Shown piece by piece: positions 17,393-20,000 of a stretch of DNA of 20,000 bases. The stretch is from an uncultured virus (IMG/VR IMGVR_UViG_3300028392_000057) (taxonomy: Duplodnaviria; Heunggongvirae; Uroviricota; Caudoviricetes): the IMG/VR virus record IMGVR_UViG_3300028392_000057; one strand, written 5' to 3'. The first letter of the stretch is position 1. Every line of letters begins with the position of its first letter. Made by a program: the position numbers and the translations under genes. The notes beneath the pieces were generated by a model. It did no database searches and was not told where the DNA came from. It was given only the letters and a program-made list of their open reading frames with translations.

Positions 17393-19999
17393 TCATGGGG
17401 CATACTCCGTAATTGTCATTTTGTAAGTTGTTGAATTTGACGAGTCAGGAGTAACTAACAATCGTACACTTGGTTGAACAATAATATTACCTGCATTATA
17501 GTCAACTGAGAATGATCCAGTTCCCCCATTTATTTGTAACCCACCATATTCATTGAAAGCAACAATATTTCCATATAACAATGATGATATTTTAACTGAC
17601 TGTCTTGTTGCACCCGTGACATCTGTTGCTATAATATGAAAGTCTACTCCTGAAACATTTGATGCCAAAGTAGTCCATAAAACTTGACTGGATGCAGTAG
17701 ATGTAGTTGTTGCAAAATAAACATATTGTGTTGAAAATTTGTAAATCCCGGCACCAACTTGAGTGCTATTTGCTACTAAATTACCAGCTACTTGTAAAGT
17801 ATTTGTTACTTCATTAAATGTTAAGAAAGAACTACCGCCAAATACACCACCGTCATTATACTGTACTTGTGTGTTTGACCCACCAGGTACTCCGTTGCCA
17901 CCGCCACCGCCACCAGTTGCCCAACTTAAGTTACCTGCACCGTCAGTGCTTAATACGTATCCGTTTATTCCACCGCTAATATGAAGATTTGAAACATTGC
18001 CCAAATTCACATTAGAAGATCCATCAGTGTTAACAGTACCTAACACTCTTAATTGTCCAACACTACCTACTTGTAAAGTACCATTAACATTTGCATTTCC
18101 AACAACAGTTGAATTAGTTGATACTATTGTACCATTTGTATCTAAATTACCTACTCGTATATTACCTGTAATACTTCCTGTACCATTAACATTTAGTGCA
18201 GTTAATGTACCAACTGAAGTAATGTTAGGTTGTGATGCATTTGCTACAGTTAATGCAACATTTGAATTTGTTGAACTGGTTGCAAATGTTGCAGTATTTG
18301 CAGTTTCTACACTTAAATTTGCTACTTTTGTAGTAGATGTAACTACAAAAGGACTAGTTCCATTTGCTACATTTGATATAAATCTACTACTTTGAATTGT
18401 ACTATTTGATGTAATATTTCCTAATACAGTTAGTGTCTTAGTTGTATTATTAAATGTAAATGATGAATTACCATCTAATAAACCTAGATTATTAAACTGC
18501 ACTTGAGTGTTAGTTCCGCCGGCTGATCCACCACCTGCTGGTTGCCAAGATAAATTACCTGAACCATTAGTAGACAATACATAATTTGCATTACCACCTG
18601 TAATTGTTAAATTAGATACACTACCTAAATCAACAGGACCTCGTACTGTCAATTCTGTTAATGTACCAACTAATGTTACATTTGGTTGTTCATTTGTACT
18701 AAGTACTCCGGCTACAATTGTAGAATAGATGTTACTAACATAAAGGTCACCGGTAATATCAATATCACTTTGCGGGCCAGTACCACTCATACTACCATTA
18801 AAAGTTATATTACCATTGGCTCCTGGTAAACTTGTGTCAATATTTAAGAATTCTAAATTACCAACTGTATGTATATTAGCTTGTGTTTGTGTAGTAAGTG
18901 TACCAGTTAAGAAATTAGCACTTACTAAGTTACCACCTATAATATTACCAGATACACTTAAACTAGTTAATATGCCCACTGTTGTAATATTTGGCTGTAA
19001 TGGATTAACTACATTTCCTGCATAGTATGCATAATTAGCATCATCTATATTACCTATTAAATTACCAAAGAAGTATGGAGCTGTGATATTACCTGAACTT
19101 GACAAACCAGTCAATGTACCAACACTTGTAATGTTAGGTTGATAATTTGTTGTTAGTGTACCAGTAACATAATTAGCAGAAACTAAATTACCACCTGCTA
19201 CATTAGCACCAGTAATATTTCCAGTTACAACTAATGATGTTAATGTTCCAACTGAAGTAATGTTAGGCTGTGCATTTGTAGTAACAGTACCTGCTGTATT
19301 TGATGACCCTGCTGATACCGAGAACGTTGCATTGGCTACTGTTCCAACTACATTAGAACCAGTTAGTTGTGATAATCCACTACCATTACCAATAAAATAA
19401 GTAGCAATAATATTACCATTTGCTGTTAAAACATTGCTAGAATAGTTAAACCTAAGCGCATCACTTGCGCCTGCATTGCCTTCTTGATTAAAGATAACAC
19501 TGGTGTTTGTACCGGGAACTACAAAATTCCCAGATATATTTCCAACAACATTACCAATAAAATACGGTGCTGTAATATTACCTGAACTTGTTAAAGTAGT
19601 TAGTGTACCAACACTTGTAATGTTAGGTTGAGTATTGGTTGTTACAGTACCGGACGTATTTGATGATCCAGCTGATACTGCAAATGTTGCATTAGCCACG
19701 GTACCTAAAACGTTAGCACCTGTTAATTGACTTAGTCCACTACCATTACCCGCAAATCTACCAGTATTAGCAGTAATGTTTGTAGCTGTAATATTACCAC
19801 TTACGTTTAATAATGATAATGTACCTGTACTTGTAATGTTAGATTGAGCACTTGTTGTTAATGTACCGGTTAAGAAATTAGCAGAAACTAAATTACCACC
19901 AGTAATATTAGCTCCAGTAATATTTCCACTTACTATCAATGAAGTTAATGTTCCAACTGACGTAATATTGGGTTGTGCGTTATCAATTACAGTATTAGA
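17393..19999 (-). CDS. G8: repeat-rich fibre-like protein, 5' partial (at least 868 aa), with type A C-terminal domain
   Basis: The frame is open beyond the track TTG at 19939 to the window edge (SNTVIDNAQPNITSVGTLTSLIVSG), so the true start lies outside. QPNITSVGTLT and PGGSNTQVQYND modules. C-terminus VDFHIIATDVTG..TGSFSVDY..LLVTPDSSNSTTY, TGA stop. Confidence 0.9.
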   Translation of the reverse strand, partial: SNTVIDNAQPNITSVGTLTSLIVSGNITGANITGGNLVSANFLTGTLTTSAQSNITSTGTLSLLNVSGNITATNITANTGRFAGNGSGLSQLTGANVLGTVANATFAVSAGSSNTSGTVTTNTQPNITSVGTLTTLTSSGNITAPYFIGNVVGNISGNFVVPGTNTSVIFNQEGNAGASDALRFNYSSNVLTANGNIIATYFIGNGSGLSQLTGSNVVGTVANATFSVSAGSSNTAGTVTTNAQPNITSVGTLTSLVVTGNITGANVAGGNLVSANYVTGTLTTNYQPNITSVGTLTGLSSSGNITAPYFFGNLIGNIDDANYAYYAGNVVNPLQPNITTVGILTSLSVSGNIIGGNLVSANFLTGTLTTQTQANIHTVGNLEFLNIDTSLPGANGNITFNGSMSGTGPQSDIDITGDLYVSNIYSTIVAGVLSTNEQPNVTLVGTLTELTVRGPVDLGSVSNLTITGGNANYVLSTNGSGNLSWQPAGGGSAGGTNTQVQFNNLGLLDGNSSFTFNNTTKTLTVLGNITSNSTIQSSRFISNVANGTSPFVVTSTTKVANLSVETANTATFATSSTNSNVALTVANASQPNITSVGTLTALNVNGTGSITGNIRVGNLDTNGTIVSTNSTVVGNANVNGTLQVGSVGQLRVLGTVNTDGSSNVNLGNVSNLHISGGINGYVLSTDGAGNLSWATGGGGGGNGVPGGSNTQVQYNDGGVFGGSSFLTFNEVTNTLQVAGNLVANSTQVGAGIYKFSTQYVYFATTTSTASSQVLWTTLASNVSGVDFHIIATDVTGATRQSVKISSLLYGNIVAFNEYGGLQINGGTGSFSVDYNAGNIIVQPSVRLLVTPDSSNSTTYKMTITEYAP

Positions 20000-20000
20000 T

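Noticed and set aside
155..19025. Numerous long plus-strand ORFs (e.g. 6548..7837, 10057..10968) rich in LPV/LAP
   Set aside because: Antisense shadows. In this offset frame a stop needs a Tyr, Gln or His codon on the coding strand, and these are rare in the Gly/Asn/Thr repeats (the TGA at 491-493 is the complement of GCT CAA). They mirror the minus-strand repeats exactly.
4500..19900. Abundant N-x-S/T sequons as a sign of N-glycosylation
   Set aside because: About 8 in the first ~165 aa of G2, close to what the Asn and Ser/Thr content predicts; no glycosylation genes in the window.
19937..19939. TTG start of the 848-aa ORF
   Set aside because: The frame is open to the window edge with the same repeats, so the gene is 5' truncated.

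Overview
AT-rich window, almost fully coding, holding nine co-oriented minus-strand genes. It looks like part of a fibre/appendage gene cluster of a large tailed bacteriophage: AAGGA Shine-Dalgarno sites, short spacers, T4-late-like (A/C)TAAATA motifs, and phage fibre-type modules. In transcription order: G8 (17393..>20000, 5' truncated), G7 (1031 aa), G6 (416 aa, pectin-lyase-like beta-helix), G5 (112 aa), G4 (925 aa), G3 (5113..9839, about 1575 aa, split by a 1-bp deletion near 9406), G2 (341 aa), G1 (608 aa, Ig-like plus Gly-rich), a 24-codon chimeric remnant, and G0 (<1..2082, 3' truncated, absent from the ORF track). Most proteins are built from a small shared set of Gly/Asn/Thr/Ser-rich modules. 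The most striking pattern is that each type of ~95-aa C-terminal domain is followed by a gene starting with a matching N-terminal peptide (type A then MAIKPFNxVAGFSVG, twice; type B RxAKY then KNFVVKNGITTG, twice). This suggests a plug-and-socket, head-to-tail fibre assembly code colinear with gene order, which is inference only. The plus-strand ORFs are antisense shadows. No RNA genes, CRISPR arrays or mobile elements were seen. Family assignments come from motif recognition, not database searches.
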